59,277 nt of DNA from a virus. Taxonomy: Duplodnaviria; Caudoviricetes. Both the position numbers and the translations under genes were made by a program. Position 1 is the first letter of the stretch; every line of letters starts with the position of its first letter. The DNA lies in IMG/VR virus record IMGVR_UViG_3300036901_000095, positions 1 through 59,277 of that record. One strand, given 5' to 3'. Below the pieces are notes generated by a model. It ran no database searches. It had not been told where the DNA came from and saw only the letters and a program-made list of their open reading frames with translations. Positions 1-9,677 of the stretch are shown piece after piece.

Positions 1-654
1 AACCTTTGGCGGAAGTTCAAGGCTTGTGAACAAATCGCCGAGTCGCTGCAAACGGCTGAGGCAATCAAGCGTTCCGTACTCAATCTGACCGCAGCCATCG
101 CGATCATCTCGTCGAGATACGAAGTCGCCATCCCAATCGATTCAACGGCCAAGGAACACCAGCGGCGTCTGAATGTTGACGCTGAACTCATCTCCTTCGC
201 CGTCCACGATGCGAACACGGCTGAACTGGCCAAGGACGCCGAAACGAAGTTCGAATTCAGCGTCGAGACCTTGAAGTCGATGAGGCACAAGCTGAATCTC
301 ATCGAGGCCCTGATGGAGGATGCGAACGAGGTCGAAACGGCTGAAATCGAGAAGGCAAAGGTTCCCGACGTGATCTGTCTCGGCGCACCCGAGCCGGAGA
401 CAGTGGACACCGGCACCGAGGAAACTGAAGGCGGTACCGAAGGAACCACCGAGACCACGGGAGCCGAGGAGGACACCGGACCATCCAATGATGATGACAA
501 AGTGACTTGGGACATCCCCTTGGCGGCGTTCACCAATCTCTCCGAGACCACGGTGGAAATCGTGATCCGTGTCCCCCGCCCACTCGCGGACGGCGACCAC
601 ACCATCACGTTCAGCAGCGTTGATGGCGTGATCAGCAACGCGAAACTCAACTGA
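1..654 (+). CDS. hypothetical protein, 5'-truncated by window edge, acidic Glu/Thr-rich linker
   Basis: Frame 1 is open from base 1 to TGA at 652-654; the listed 271 start is internal. Confidence 0.7.
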   Translation, partial: NLWRKFKACEQIAESLQTAEAIKRSVLNLTAAIAIISSRYEVAIPIDSTAKEHQRRLNVDAELISFAVHDANTAELAKDAETKFEFSVETLKSMRHKLNLIEALMEDANEVETAEIEKAKVPDVICLGAPEPETVDTGTEETEGGTEGTTETTGAEEDTGPSNDDDKVTWDIPLAAFTNLSETTVEIVIRVPRPLADGDHTITFSSVDGVISNAKLN

Positions 655-691
655 GCCTAACCAGTCGAGGCCGAGGAGAGCGGCGGGCCAA

Positions 692-2662
692 TCACCCGCC
701 GTTTTCTATGTGCGCGGTCGCCACAAATGTTTTGGTTCGAGCGTCGGGATCAATTGACTGGATCAGGTTCTGCCGCTCCAGGTGATCGGTCGCATGCCGA
801 TACGCCCTTGGATCAACATCAGGATCAATCGAAACCACCCAGTCAGATTTCATCAATTTGGAAAGCGTGGTCCCAGTGGCTCCGGCCCGAAAAATCCCCT
901 CGAAAACCATGCGCATCGGGTCCTTCAACAATGGACGTGCTTCTTGGCAAATCCGTTCAAATCTAAGAGCCTCGGCGGCGCTTAGGTCTGGAAGCATCTC
1001 CTTCGCTCTCATCCATCGTTCCAGTCCCTGTCCCGTGAAACCATATTGTCCCACCGTTTCGTTGGCACTGGACCTCACCGTTCCAACTTTTTCGAGAATC
1101 TGCAAGCCAAACTGGTTGTCGGTCTCCGCCGCCAATTCTGAAAGTCGAGGATGGACCGGATGCTGATCACCTTTGTACTGATGGCGCTTATCCCAAATGA
1201 TGATGACCTGTTCCTTCGTCAAAGGGGATGGATGGTTTTCCTCAAAAATTTGCAGAACCTGTCGGTGTCGCAGGCTGAATGACTTCTTGGATTTCTTGAC
1301 AGCGGTGCTGAATTTTTCGTTCAACAGATCATGGAACACGTCCTGACTGAGGATGCAGTCGATCTCGGTCAGCAAATTGGCGAAATTCTCGTCATGCGAT
1401 AGATACCGGCCATGCGTGACCTCATGCTTCGCCATCGCCAACATGCGTAGCTGGTCATCGGAATCGTCTGGGTCGATCCACGAGTCAGCGTTCCGGTTAA
1501 GCGGATTGACGCAAAAGATGTTCAACGCGCCTTTACGCCTGGTGATGGCGCGTAAGCTCGCGTCGCCAAAATACCATCCGACACTCCACTCCAGCTTATC
1601 GAGGCCCGAGACCCGCAGCAGGGCCGTGACAGCCGTTTGACAGGCGACGGTCCAGGTGATCATGGCCTTGCGATTGGCGATGCTCCACCGCTCCGGATAA
1701 AATCGCTTCGCCGCCTTCGCCACGTCGGAGTCCTCGTCCGACTCATCGAAAATGTACACGAGCTTATCGACATCGAAATCCATGGGCGGCACGTTCGGGA
1801 TCGAGGTAATGGTCTGCTCGCCGACCAGCACCGGCTCCGTGCGAATGGAATTGCGCCGCAGCGCCGACGAGTTGAGGGTCATCCCCTCAATGAATGCATC
1901 CACCACGGCGCGATAGCCGTGCAGCAGACCATCGCGGTTGCCGGTCAGCACGTCGCGCAGCATCGACGGCTCGATCTCGATCATGACCTGGGTGGTGACA
2001 TGCGACAATTGGTAGAAGGTTTGGACGCCCCGACTGCGAAAAATGACGTGCTTCGCCATGCCCGTGGGCAGCACGTAGACCGAGGCGAACTCAATCCCGT
2101 CCAGATCAAGCTTGCGGACCAACTGCCCGCGCAAGGCCCACTCAGACCACACCACGCCATTGACGATGACCTTGCAGCCTAGCTGGCTCTGCCGCAGGAA
2201 CACCCGTAAGGCCCCCAGGAGGTCGCGTAGCGTGCCGTCGTCAACATCTATGGAGAGGTGGCATCCCCGAACTTCATCGGTCTCCTTGATGCTGTAATTC
2301 GCGCCATCGCCGGTCACGAGATATCGCTGCGTGCGGATCACGTACCGCATCATGGAAAAACAGGTAAGGATGCGCGCCCGCCCAAAGCCGCCCAGCCGGG
2401 TGACGTTCGTCGGGCCGCTCTTGGTCGTCTCCCCAAGCCGGAAATAAACATCTTCCAACGTCTCACGCGTCATGCCGGGACCGTCATCGCAGAAGCGGAC
2501 AGTGACGTAGCCATCCATCTGCTCAAGCTCTATGGTGATGGTGCGCGATCCGGCATCCACCGCGTTCTGGACTAACTCCCGCCAGAACGCCATCGGCCAG
2601 TTGGCGTAGATTTGTTTCCTTTCGTTCTTGAAAAATTCCTTTGGAACCTGAACAACTGGCAT
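692..2662 (-). CDS. GHKL (Hsp90/MORC-like) ATPase fused to HExxH zincin-like segment and C-terminal winged-helix-like domains
   Basis: RELVQNAVDA (N box), DDGPGM (G1), LGGFGRA (G2); KHEVTHGRYLSHDENF HExxH...H motif. Confidence 0.8.
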   Translation of the reverse strand: MPVVQVPKEFFKNERKQIYANWPMAFWRELVQNAVDAGSRTITIELEQMDGYVTVRFCDDGPGMTRETLEDVYFRLGETTKSGPTNVTRLGGFGRARILTCFSMMRYVIRTQRYLVTGDGANYSIKETDEVRGCHLSIDVDDGTLRDLLGALRVFLRQSQLGCKVIVNGVVWSEWALRGQLVRKLDLDGIEFASVYVLPTGMAKHVIFRSRGVQTFYQLSHVTTQVMIEIEPSMLRDVLTGNRDGLLHGYRAVVDAFIEGMTLNSSALRRNSIRTEPVLVGEQTITSIPNVPPMDFDVDKLVYIFDESDEDSDVAKAAKRFYPERWSIANRKAMITWTVACQTAVTALLRVSGLDKLEWSVGWYFGDASLRAITRRKGALNIFCVNPLNRNADSWIDPDDSDDQLRMLAMAKHEVTHGRYLSHDENFANLLTEIDCILSQDVFHDLLNEKFSTAVKKSKKSFSLRHRQVLQIFEENHPSPLTKEQVIIIWDKRHQYKGDQHPVHPRLSELAAETDNQFGLQILEKVGTVRSSANETVGQYGFTGQGLERWMRAKEMLPDLSAAEALRFERICQEARPLLKDPMRMVFEGIFRAGATGTTLSKLMKSDWVVSIDPDVDPRAYRHATDHLERQNLIQSIDPDARTKTFVATAHIENGG

Positions 2663-2721
2663 CCAATATCCCTCGGCTGAATCGATTTTAGATTTCTAAA
2701 CGATGTGGGTCGTCAGAGCAA

Positions 2722-2904
2722 TCACCGAAAAGTACCGGGCGGAAAATTGCTGGGAGCGATCTCGTCGCGATGCGGGGTTTCAGCCGGTCGCACCTGATCG
2801 ACGAACCTCCGCAACAATTCGCCCACGGATATCCCAAGACGCGCGGCCTCGGCCTCAAGCCATTCGGATTGCGGCTCGCTGAACGACACTGACATGCGAT
2901 GCAT
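2722..2904 (-). CDS. ribbon-helix-helix (CopG/MetJ-like) DNA-binding protein
   Basis: MHRMSVSFSEPQSEWLEAEAARLGISVGELLRRFVD; AGAGGAG RBS before ATG at 2904. Confidence 0.75.
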   Translation of the reverse strand: MHRMSVSFSEPQSEWLEAEAARLGISVGELLRRFVDQVRPAETPHRDEIAPSNFPPGTFR

Positions 2905-2919
2905 ACGCGCTCCTCTGAC

Positions 2920-2987
2920 GCACCAGAGGGCCACTATACGGTGCGCTGGTAATGTGTCAAGACACCACCATGCACCATATACGCACC
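2920..2987 (-). promoter_or_regulatory. sigma70-type promoter with GGTGC repeats (putative RHH operator)
   Basis: TTGACA (2955-2960)-N16-TATAGT (2933-2938). GCACC/GGTGC pentamers at 2920, 2940, 2972 and 2983 flank and overlap the promoter. Confidence 0.55.
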
Positions 2988-3027
2988 GCGCACGCATCAG
3001 ATCGATCAATGTCCTAGAGTAATGTAC

Positions 3028-4056
3028 TCACCGCGCGAACATTGGACAGTACAGAACTACTGTATTTCCAACCAGCTTGCGATTGACCGAGGTCGATTGA
3101 ACATACACATCATAATTCGCCAGGTTGTGTGGGGTCAGTTTGATCGCGCCATAGTGCGGCAACCCCAACAAATCTCTCGCCGATATGCCGGAGTAGATCG
3201 CCCCAGAGGCCCGGTCGCAGATGCAAATCTGTTTCGATTCCTGCACGGTCTCGGTCTTCGACAGCAAATAAAACACCGTGCCGATCTGGAACGGGACATT
3301 CTGCCTCTCGATGAAGCTCCTGATGTCAACACCATGATCAGAATTGGTAACGGAGAATCGTCTCACCTGACCGGAGATGTCATTCAAGGTCTGCTTGATC
3401 TCATTCACGCTGACCTTGGAGAGATCGGCGTAGAATTTCGTGGTGCTGCTCATGCCTTTGGAACGATCAACGAAGTATGATGCCATCGCCGATGCCGTCA
3501 CGGCGCTCGCCACGGCCACGCCCTGAGCCGTTTGATCCCATTCCAAAACATTGCCTGGTGGTATCCCCAACTTCGTCAGCGTATCTCTGCCTCCTCTCGG
3601 GCATCTGAATACGAAGGTCCAACGATCAGAATTCTGGAGTTCCGTGATCTTGGCACCCAGTTTCGTGCGCCACTTTCTGGAGGCATTTTCTTCGCCGTCC
3701 GTAATGGCCATGACCAGGAACGAAACGGTCGGGTCAGAGGCATCAGGGACGCTTGATAAGGTTTCGATCAGGTCGCCAATCGAGTCAAACAACGGTGTGC
3801 CACTGCCGTCAGCGATGTACGCGTTCTCCATGATTGGTTGGACGACATTGACGTTGGAATTGGTGACCTCGCGATCCACTCTGGCCTGAGCACCCACGCC
3901 GCATTTTACGACACTTATGATCGTGTCGATGCTGTTGATCTTGGCCGCTTCCTGGATCGTCCGGATGTTTTCGTTGAAATCGCGAGCGGCTGGTCGCGTG
4001 ATGTTCCACATGGAACGACTATGATCTCTGGAGATACCTACGTATTGCTTGGTCAT
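3028..4056 (-). CDS. von Willebrand factor A domain protein
   Basis: MIDAS DHSRS, TPLFDSIG, ITDGEENAS. Confidence 0.85.
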   Translation of the reverse strand: MTKQYVGISRDHSRSMWNITRPAARDFNENIRTIQEAAKINSIDTIISVVKCGVGAQARVDREVTNSNVNVVQPIMENAYIADGSGTPLFDSIGDLIETLSSVPDASDPTVSFLVMAITDGEENASRKWRTKLGAKITELQNSDRWTFVFRCPRGGRDTLTKLGIPPGNVLEWDQTAQGVAVASAVTASAMASYFVDRSKGMSSTTKFYADLSKVSVNEIKQTLNDISGQVRRFSVTNSDHGVDIRSFIERQNVPFQIGTVFYLLSKTETVQESKQICICDRASGAIYSGISARDLLGLPHYGAIKLTPHNLANYDVYVQSTSVNRKLVGNTVVLYCPMFAR

Positions 4057-4145
4057 GAACTTTGCCCTTCATTTTGCTATAATTTTGCTAAGACCTACGA
4101 ACTGTAGGACTCAGATAATGTAGCATAAATGATGCAAAATGGCAA

Positions 4146-4373
4146 CTAAATTTCAGTCAACATGAAGCATCCGCGCGTCCTGAAATAAGAACTCGCGAAC
4201 CAAGGAACTTTGGTCAACTCGATCATCTGCCAGGTGTCATGGTGCACCTTGACAAGACCGTCATTGGAGGTATCGAGGATTGTATAAGTCTCGCCTTTCT
4301 GAAGGCACAGGAGCCGGTAGCTAAAGAACGTGAAGTTCACATCGCAGACTACGCGGTCACCGAGTTTGAACAT
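4146..4373 (-). CDS. small SH3/KOW-like hypothetical protein
   Basis: MFKLGDRVVC...KGETYTI; ends FMLTEI. Confidence 0.55.
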   Translation of the reverse strand: MFKLGDRVVCDVNFTFFSYRLLCLQKGETYTILDTSNDGLVKVHHDTWQMIELTKVPWFASSYFRTRGCFMLTEI

Positions 4374-4974
4374 GATCTTCCAGACCGAACACATCTGCGT
4401 TGCTTCGTATGACTTGCAGCGGTCCTAGACAGCCCCACTGCACGGCCATCGCCTCAGCGATACCCAGATAGGTGAGACTGCGCATCTTCCATCGATCATC
4501 GGATGGTGGCATACGATGCACTACCGGTTCGCGTCCTTCGACGATGTTCGTTGGTATCAGGTCTGGCAAATTCTTCAGCCATAAGCAGGTTGACTTGGTT
4601 TCTCCATGGCCATACTGCCACGGCTGGATGATCTGGGTTGGCTTCTTGATCCGCGAAGAAATGATCGAGATCGGATTTTCCACGGCGATCCGAGGAATAT
4701 TGGCGTCCATCAGGAGTTGAACAAAATTCAGCGCCTCGATCTGCTCTTGAATTTTGTCTTTGAACCATCTGGCACCACTGACCGCGAGATGCGTGCATGG
4801 CGGATGAGCGACCATCAAATCCCATCCATTATGCAAGATGTCTGTTACGTCGCCCTGATAATGCGGACCAGGAACATCCGTGGGGAGAAGGTCACAACTC
4901 ATGACATCATGGCCAAGTTTTATAAAAGCGTCTCGAACCCGACCGCTGTATTCACAGGCAACTAAAACTCTCAC
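4357..4974 (-). CDS. phage C5-cytosine DNA methyltransferase-like protein
   Basis: VLVACEYSG, HPPCT (PC catalytic motif), VENP; late promoter CATAAATA at 5002-5009. Confidence 0.8.
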   Translation of the reverse strand: MRVLVACEYSGRVRDAFIKLGHDVMSCDLLPTDVPGPHYQGDVTDILHNGWDLMVAHPPCTHLAVSGARWFKDKIQEQIEALNFVQLLMDANIPRIAVENPISIISSRIKKPTQIIQPWQYGHGETKSTCLWLKNLPDLIPTNIVEGREPVVHRMPPSDDRWKMRSLTYLGIAEAMAVQWGCLGPLQVIRSNADVFGLEDHVQTR

Positions 4975-5022
4975 GATAAAATGCTCTCATTAGATGTCCT
5001 TTATTTATGGTGCGAAAATGAT

Positions 5023-5051
5023 GATGTGGACTGAATCACCCAGTCCACATC
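5023..5051 (-). terminator. intrinsic terminator-like hairpin
   Basis: Perfect 11-bp stem GATGTGGACTG/CAGTCCACATC just downstream of the 5062-5799 gene. Confidence 0.6.
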
Positions 5052-5061
5052 GGTCAAATGG

Positions 5062-5799
5062 TCAGGCGGCCTTTCGAACAATGTTCAATTCTTTGAGCAA
5101 CCTCGGCAGGCTGGATAGCTTGTGAACACGAGGGGTCTTGAAGGCTTTGACCAGGTGATCTCTCATTACGAGGTGAAAACCAAATCCAAGGATTTCATCC
5201 ACCTGAGTTTGCACAGGATTGGGTTCATCGGTGACCAAAATGATGAGAGCCTGAAACCGTTTCCTGAGTGGTGAATAAACCTTCTCCATTCTGTGACGTT
5301 CTCGTAATGTGTGCTTCACCGGCAAGAAGGCCGTGGGGTAACCGTCAGCATCAACCGACACCAGATCAATGGTGGCTTCATAGAGTGCTGGCGACGGAGA
5401 AAATACATCGATACCAGGATATAAGCTTAGTTCTGAAGGAATAACCTGCTGATAGAATATTCCGGCATTGGTCTTGCGTCCTTGAGCCTGGTGAAACTCC
5501 AACTTGATGTCTCGATATTGAAGGACCTCAAGCGGATCATCATTGTCATTGAATACGTCGAGCGAAATCTTATTTGCTTGACATTCGGCGCGAAATTCGT
5601 GACGAATACGCGTCACTTCGATCTTATTTTCATGTCGCCGATAAGCCTCTGCCTTCTCAAGCAGAACAGCCATTTTCTGTTCAAGTGTCTTGCCATAACG
5701 ATCAATCGTCGGTGACAGTTCTTCGAGGAGAATTTTGTTGGGCTTGCTCAATGTAGTTCTTTCTGAAATGTGAAACTGAAAAGCTAACTCGTGTTTCAT
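5062..5799 (-). CDS. putative type II restriction endonuclease (PD-(D/E)xK, CCGG-family-like)
   Basis: IDLVS...FLPVKHTLRER matches the K-x-T/S-L-R-E-R motif of EcoRII/SsoII/BsaWI-type enzymes; adjacent to an MTase. Confidence 0.55.
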   Translation of the reverse strand: MKHELAFQFHISERTTLSKPNKILLEELSPTIDRYGKTLEQKMAVLLEKAEAYRRHENKIEVTRIRHEFRAECQANKISLDVFNDNDDPLEVLQYRDIKLEFHQAQGRKTNAGIFYQQVIPSELSLYPGIDVFSPSPALYEATIDLVSVDADGYPTAFLPVKHTLRERHRMEKVYSPLRKRFQALIILVTDEPNPVQTQVDEILGFGFHLVMRDHLVKAFKTPRVHKLSSLPRLLKELNIVRKAA

Positions 5800-5844
5800 A
5801 CCGGAGTCGCATCATCAAAAGCAAGATACGATTGCGTTACGAAC

Positions 5845-6831
5845 TCAAAGAATATCAGCCTGGACACCAAACAGCGTGATACCATCCTGAACTTGACTCA
5901 GACGCCTGAAGGCGATGGCGAAGTGTTCTTCGTTAAGCTCCGCCGCGTAAGGAACGCAGCCGTTCTGGATGGCCGCGACACTGCCGGAGACGAACCCGCC
6001 GAATGGCTCCCAGACGATGTCGCCCTTTTTGCACACCGCGCGAATGATGCGATGCATCAACGCCAATGGCTTCTGGTTCAGATGCAGCGTCTTGGCTCCA
6101 TCCTTGATCCGTTCCTTGCCACGAAGGGCCGGTTCATCCCAGACATTACTTACGCCATACTCAAATTTCCATGTGTACCAAAGTCGTTCCCAGCCACCAT
6201 TGAGCGTAAGCTCTGGTGGGAGTTCGAAATAAGGGCTGCCTTCCGGACGACCATGCGCATTGGCGTAAGACCTCAGACGCTCGAAGACCTCAGCCGGGGG
6301 AAAGTAGAACAGATGATCCCTGGTGAAGTATTTTCGCGTGGCCGCGTTCTTGACACCGCACGCCTCGTTGGTGCGCGTTAATGGCATGCCAGTGCGCAGC
6401 CATTCGACTCGGAGCCAGTCCTGGATCGAGAGATTGTTGATCTTGATGTAATCAGGGTCGCGAACATACTGCACACAGACCTCGGTGACTATCGGGAAGC
6501 CACGCATCGTCTTGCCGTTGCAATTTCCGGCGACGTGACCAATACCCTTGTTCCAGATATTGCAGCCGTGATACTTCCAGCCATGCCGTTCGAGGATCGG
6601 ATGCATGGTCGCCCAGCCCAGTTCGGTGTTCCAGAACCACAATACCGTGGATGACTTCGCGTATTGGCTCCAGGCGGCGATGTGAGGCTCGTAGAGGGCG
6701 GGTAAGTCCTTGACCGTGGTTGGGTCACCGATGAAGCCACCGACGCCGTAGGGGCCGTCTGAGACGATTACCGTGGGGGTCGGCCAGCGCGGATATTGCG
6801 TGAGAGAATCGCCGAGGACGAAATCAAACAT
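5845..6831 (-). CDS. amino (N6A/N4C) DNA methyltransferase, beta class
   Basis: VIVSDGPY catalytic motif; HLNQKP; WEPFGG SAM motif. Confidence 0.85.
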   Translation of the reverse strand: MFDFVLGDSLTQYPRWPTPTVIVSDGPYGVGGFIGDPTTVKDLPALYEPHIAAWSQYAKSSTVLWFWNTELGWATMHPILERHGWKYHGCNIWNKGIGHVAGNCNGKTMRGFPIVTEVCVQYVRDPDYIKINNLSIQDWLRVEWLRTGMPLTRTNEACGVKNAATRKYFTRDHLFYFPPAEVFERLRSYANAHGRPEGSPYFELPPELTLNGGWERLWYTWKFEYGVSNVWDEPALRGKERIKDGAKTLHLNQKPLALMHRIIRAVCKKGDIVWEPFGGFVSGSVAAIQNGCVPYAAELNEEHFAIAFRRLSQVQDGITLFGVQADIL

Positions 6832-7750
6832 CAATTACGTCAGCACCCCCGAGAGGTCGGGTGATTTCCTCGATCTTGTCATCGACTTTCGTGGTAGATA
6901 TGCGGGTTTCTGCTATCGCGGCATAATCTGGATTGAGTTCTATCCCGATGTAATTCCGGTCCAATCTTTTGGCGACGACACCAGTTGTTCCCGATCCACT
7001 GAATGGATCAAGTATAGTATCGTTCAGGGACGAGGACGCGAGAACGCACGGTTCCACAAGCTTTTCTGGATAGGTCGCGAAATGTGCTTCCTTGAAAGGT
7101 TGCACCTGAACTTCCCAAACGTCACGTTTATTGCGTCTGCCGCCTTCCAGACATGTCTTATTATTCTCTAACCCCTTCTCCTGATATTTCTCGATGTTGC
7201 TTTTATTGACGTTAAGTTTTTTCTTTCCCCATGACGTGGCCTTACGGGCATGTTCGTCGGCGTAGATCGCCAGTTCCGAGATCGCCATCCGATCATACTT
7301 ATAGTCATGTTGTTTCGATAGTAAAAAGATGTACTCATGCGCCTTCGTGCAACGATCTGTGATGCTCTCCGGCATTGGATTTGGCTTCGACCAGATGATG
7401 TCCTGGCGTAGATACCATCCGTCGTCTCGGAGGGCGAAGGCTAACATCCAGGGGATGCCAATCAGGTCTTTGGATTTGATTGAGGTACCAGCGAACTTCT
7501 TACTGGAGTAAGTGTCACCGATGTTGATCCACAATGTGCCATCGTCCTTAAGCACCTTGCGCACTAATCTGAACACATCAACCAGCTTCGCGATATACTC
7601 AGCCGGTGATTTCTCGATGCCGATCTGATCTGGACTGTCGTAGTTTCTAAGATTGAAATAAGGAGGACTTGTGATGCATGTCTGAACTGATAATTTCTCC
7701 AATTTTGATAGTTCGATCAAACAATTTCCATGGGTCAATGTAGTTACCAT
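6824..7750 (-). CDS. N4C/N6A DNA methyltransferase, beta class
   Basis: ITSPPY, IIWSKPNPMPES, HFATYP, LDPFSGSGTT. Confidence 0.92.
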   Translation of the reverse strand: MVTTLTHGNCLIELSKLEKLSVQTCITSPPYFNLRNYDSPDQIGIEKSPAEYIAKLVDVFRLVRKVLKDDGTLWINIGDTYSSKKFAGTSIKSKDLIGIPWMLAFALRDDGWYLRQDIIWSKPNPMPESITDRCTKAHEYIFLLSKQHDYKYDRMAISELAIYADEHARKATSWGKKKLNVNKSNIEKYQEKGLENNKTCLEGGRRNKRDVWEVQVQPFKEAHFATYPEKLVEPCVLASSSLNDTILDPFSGSGTTGVVAKRLDRNYIGIELNPDYAAIAETRISTTKVDDKIEEITRPLGGADVIDV

Positions 7751-8511
7751 TCAAATAAACCTTCTCCTCCCTTGATGTTAGGTCGCACGTTGGATATACC
7801 TCGAATCACGCGTGCCAATACGTCTTTCATGTGATCGCTCACATGTTTTATAGTTCTGTTTGACTGGACGATTCGAGAATTATCATCAGAAATTCTGCAC
7901 ATAACGTCAAGTTTGTGAGAAGATTCCCCGATGGTGAGCAACCGAATCTTCTCACCGTTTATGTAATCACCAGCCCATAGGTTTCCCGTATGAGTTTTTG
8001 AATACCATTCATAAGGTCGAATGAAGAACTTTGCGGGTAATTCGGCAAACAAGTATGTCCGAGGATCACCATACAAGCACAGAAACATTCTCCCAGATTT
8101 GGCTCCGCACCTTCTAAGTTCCTCGTCAATTTGTTTTTGTATCATATCTAAAATATTGTCAACTGATTGCTTGTCCGTTAATCCATCCTTAAGCGTTTTC
8201 AGGTAATCTCCGACCCGCTTGAAAGGAAAACTTACCAAGCGTTCTGCCGGTGATATCCCAATGCTTTTGTTAGCAAGCAAGATTGGAGTCTCACCAATGG
8301 TTAATTCGACATCAAAAAAGTCGGTGGTCTTCAGTGCGGTCTCACAATTTGTTTGCCCGGTGGCTAACTTCGTTGCAAGTTCAAAGACATTGTTCTTGCC
8401 GCAGCAAGAGCCGGACGGAGGTTGATGATAGTGATCTTGATAGAAATCCAAAATTTGTCCTAAATCGGAGATATAAGTTTCATCCAATAATGTCAAGTTT
8501 TTTGTCCTCAT
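7744..8511 (-). CDS. hypothetical protein, possible restriction endonuclease
   Basis: AT-rich, overlaps the downstream MTase; FDV...LANKS resembles a PD-xK site. Confidence 0.4.
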   Translation of the reverse strand: MRTKNLTLLDETYISDLGQILDFYQDHYHQPPSGSCCGKNNVFELATKLATGQTNCETALKTTDFFDVELTIGETPILLANKSIGISPAERLVSFPFKRVGDYLKTLKDGLTDKQSVDNILDMIQKQIDEELRRCGAKSGRMFLCLYGDPRTYLFAELPAKFFIRPYEWYSKTHTGNLWAGDYINGEKIRLLTIGESSHKLDVMCRISDDNSRIVQSNRTIKHVSDHMKDVLARVIRGISNVRPNIKGGEGLFEW

Positions 8512-8574
8512 CAATCAATCATTGAGTATAGCTTAGCAAGTAGGAATTTTCAACTTAAACGATGCGGATAGGTA

Positions 8575-9591
8575 TCAGCCTAAGCCCGTGTAAATCTCGA
8601 TCAGTCGTCCAGAACTCAACTCTTTCGAATCGATGCTTTCTAAGCCTGAAATAACGATCTGATCCACCGACTTAAATTGCACCTTGGCATCGTCGAAGTC
8701 CTGCTCGCCGTCCAGATGTCCGTTGATCAGTTCGATCTTTCTCAATCCATAATCAGTAATCATCGAGTTCCTTAATTCCTGTGCTTCTTCGTAACGTAAC
8801 GGCAAGTCAATGGTCACCCGCACGGTCATCTTGGATGCCAGCTTCTCAGGCTCTGAGAGCATCTGGGAGAGCGTCATCGTCTGATACAGGGGCTGGTCAG
8901 GCCATGAGCGAAACTCAGGCTCTTTGCCGTACTCAAGCAGCATGATACCACGATTGGAATCGCCAGCGTCACTAAAATCAAACGGGAAGAAGTTGCCGAT
9001 GTAGCAAACGTTCTTCTTGTTCTGCCGTGCGTGGAAATGCCCGGTGAACACATACTCGGGATTTCTGAACGCATCGACTGTCTGACTATGCTCGCCCTCC
9101 GGCATCTGGTGGCCGGTGTTTGATAGAAAGCCGGATAGTTCGAAATGACCGAACAGATATCTCGTTGATGATAAGTCAAGTGTTTTGTGCTCGCCTGGCA
9201 TCAACCATGGTAGGAACGTTATGTCACCGATGGTGAGCGGATCGTTGATCAGGGTGATGTTCGGGATGTAGTTGATGATCTCAACGGAGGTAATGTCCCG
9301 TCGTGTCTTGAAGAACTGATCATGATTGCCGCTGATGAAGAAGGACTGTTTGAAGCCGGTGCTGATCATCTCCAGTCCCTTCAGGGCGAAATGCATGGTT
9401 TCCACACCGACGAGGGACCGGTTGTGGAACCAGTCGCCGAGCATCAGACAGGTCTCAGCGCCCCAGGTTTTCGCCGTTTCGATGGCCCATCGGAGGAAGT
9501 CGATGTTGTCCTGGTTGGCGATGATACTGTTCCCGGAACGACCGAAATGGGCGTCCGAGATGACGAGGGCTTTGTGAAAAAGTGAATTCAT
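8575..9591 (-). CDS. gp47: recombination endonuclease subunit (T4 gp47 / Mre11-SbcD metallophosphoesterase)
   Basis: SDAHFG, LGDWFHNR, SGNHD, FGHFE, GHFH. Confidence 0.9.
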   Translation of the reverse strand: MNSLFHKALVISDAHFGRSGNSIIANQDNIDFLRWAIETAKTWGAETCLMLGDWFHNRSLVGVETMHFALKGLEMISTGFKQSFFISGNHDQFFKTRRDITSVEIINYIPNITLINDPLTIGDITFLPWLMPGEHKTLDLSSTRYLFGHFELSGFLSNTGHQMPEGEHSQTVDAFRNPEYVFTGHFHARQNKKNVCYIGNFFPFDFSDAGDSNRGIMLLEYGKEPEFRSWPDQPLYQTMTLSQMLSEPEKLASKMTVRVTIDLPLRYEEAQELRNSMITDYGLRKIELINGHLDGEQDFDDAKVQFKSVDQIVISGLESIDSKELSSGRLIEIYTGLG

Positions 9592-9677
9592 CTGCAAGAT
9601 CATAAGGCTTTGGTGACAAGAATTCAAACGTAAACGAGTTGTTGCTTTTTCGTTACCATATTCATTATGATGGGTTT

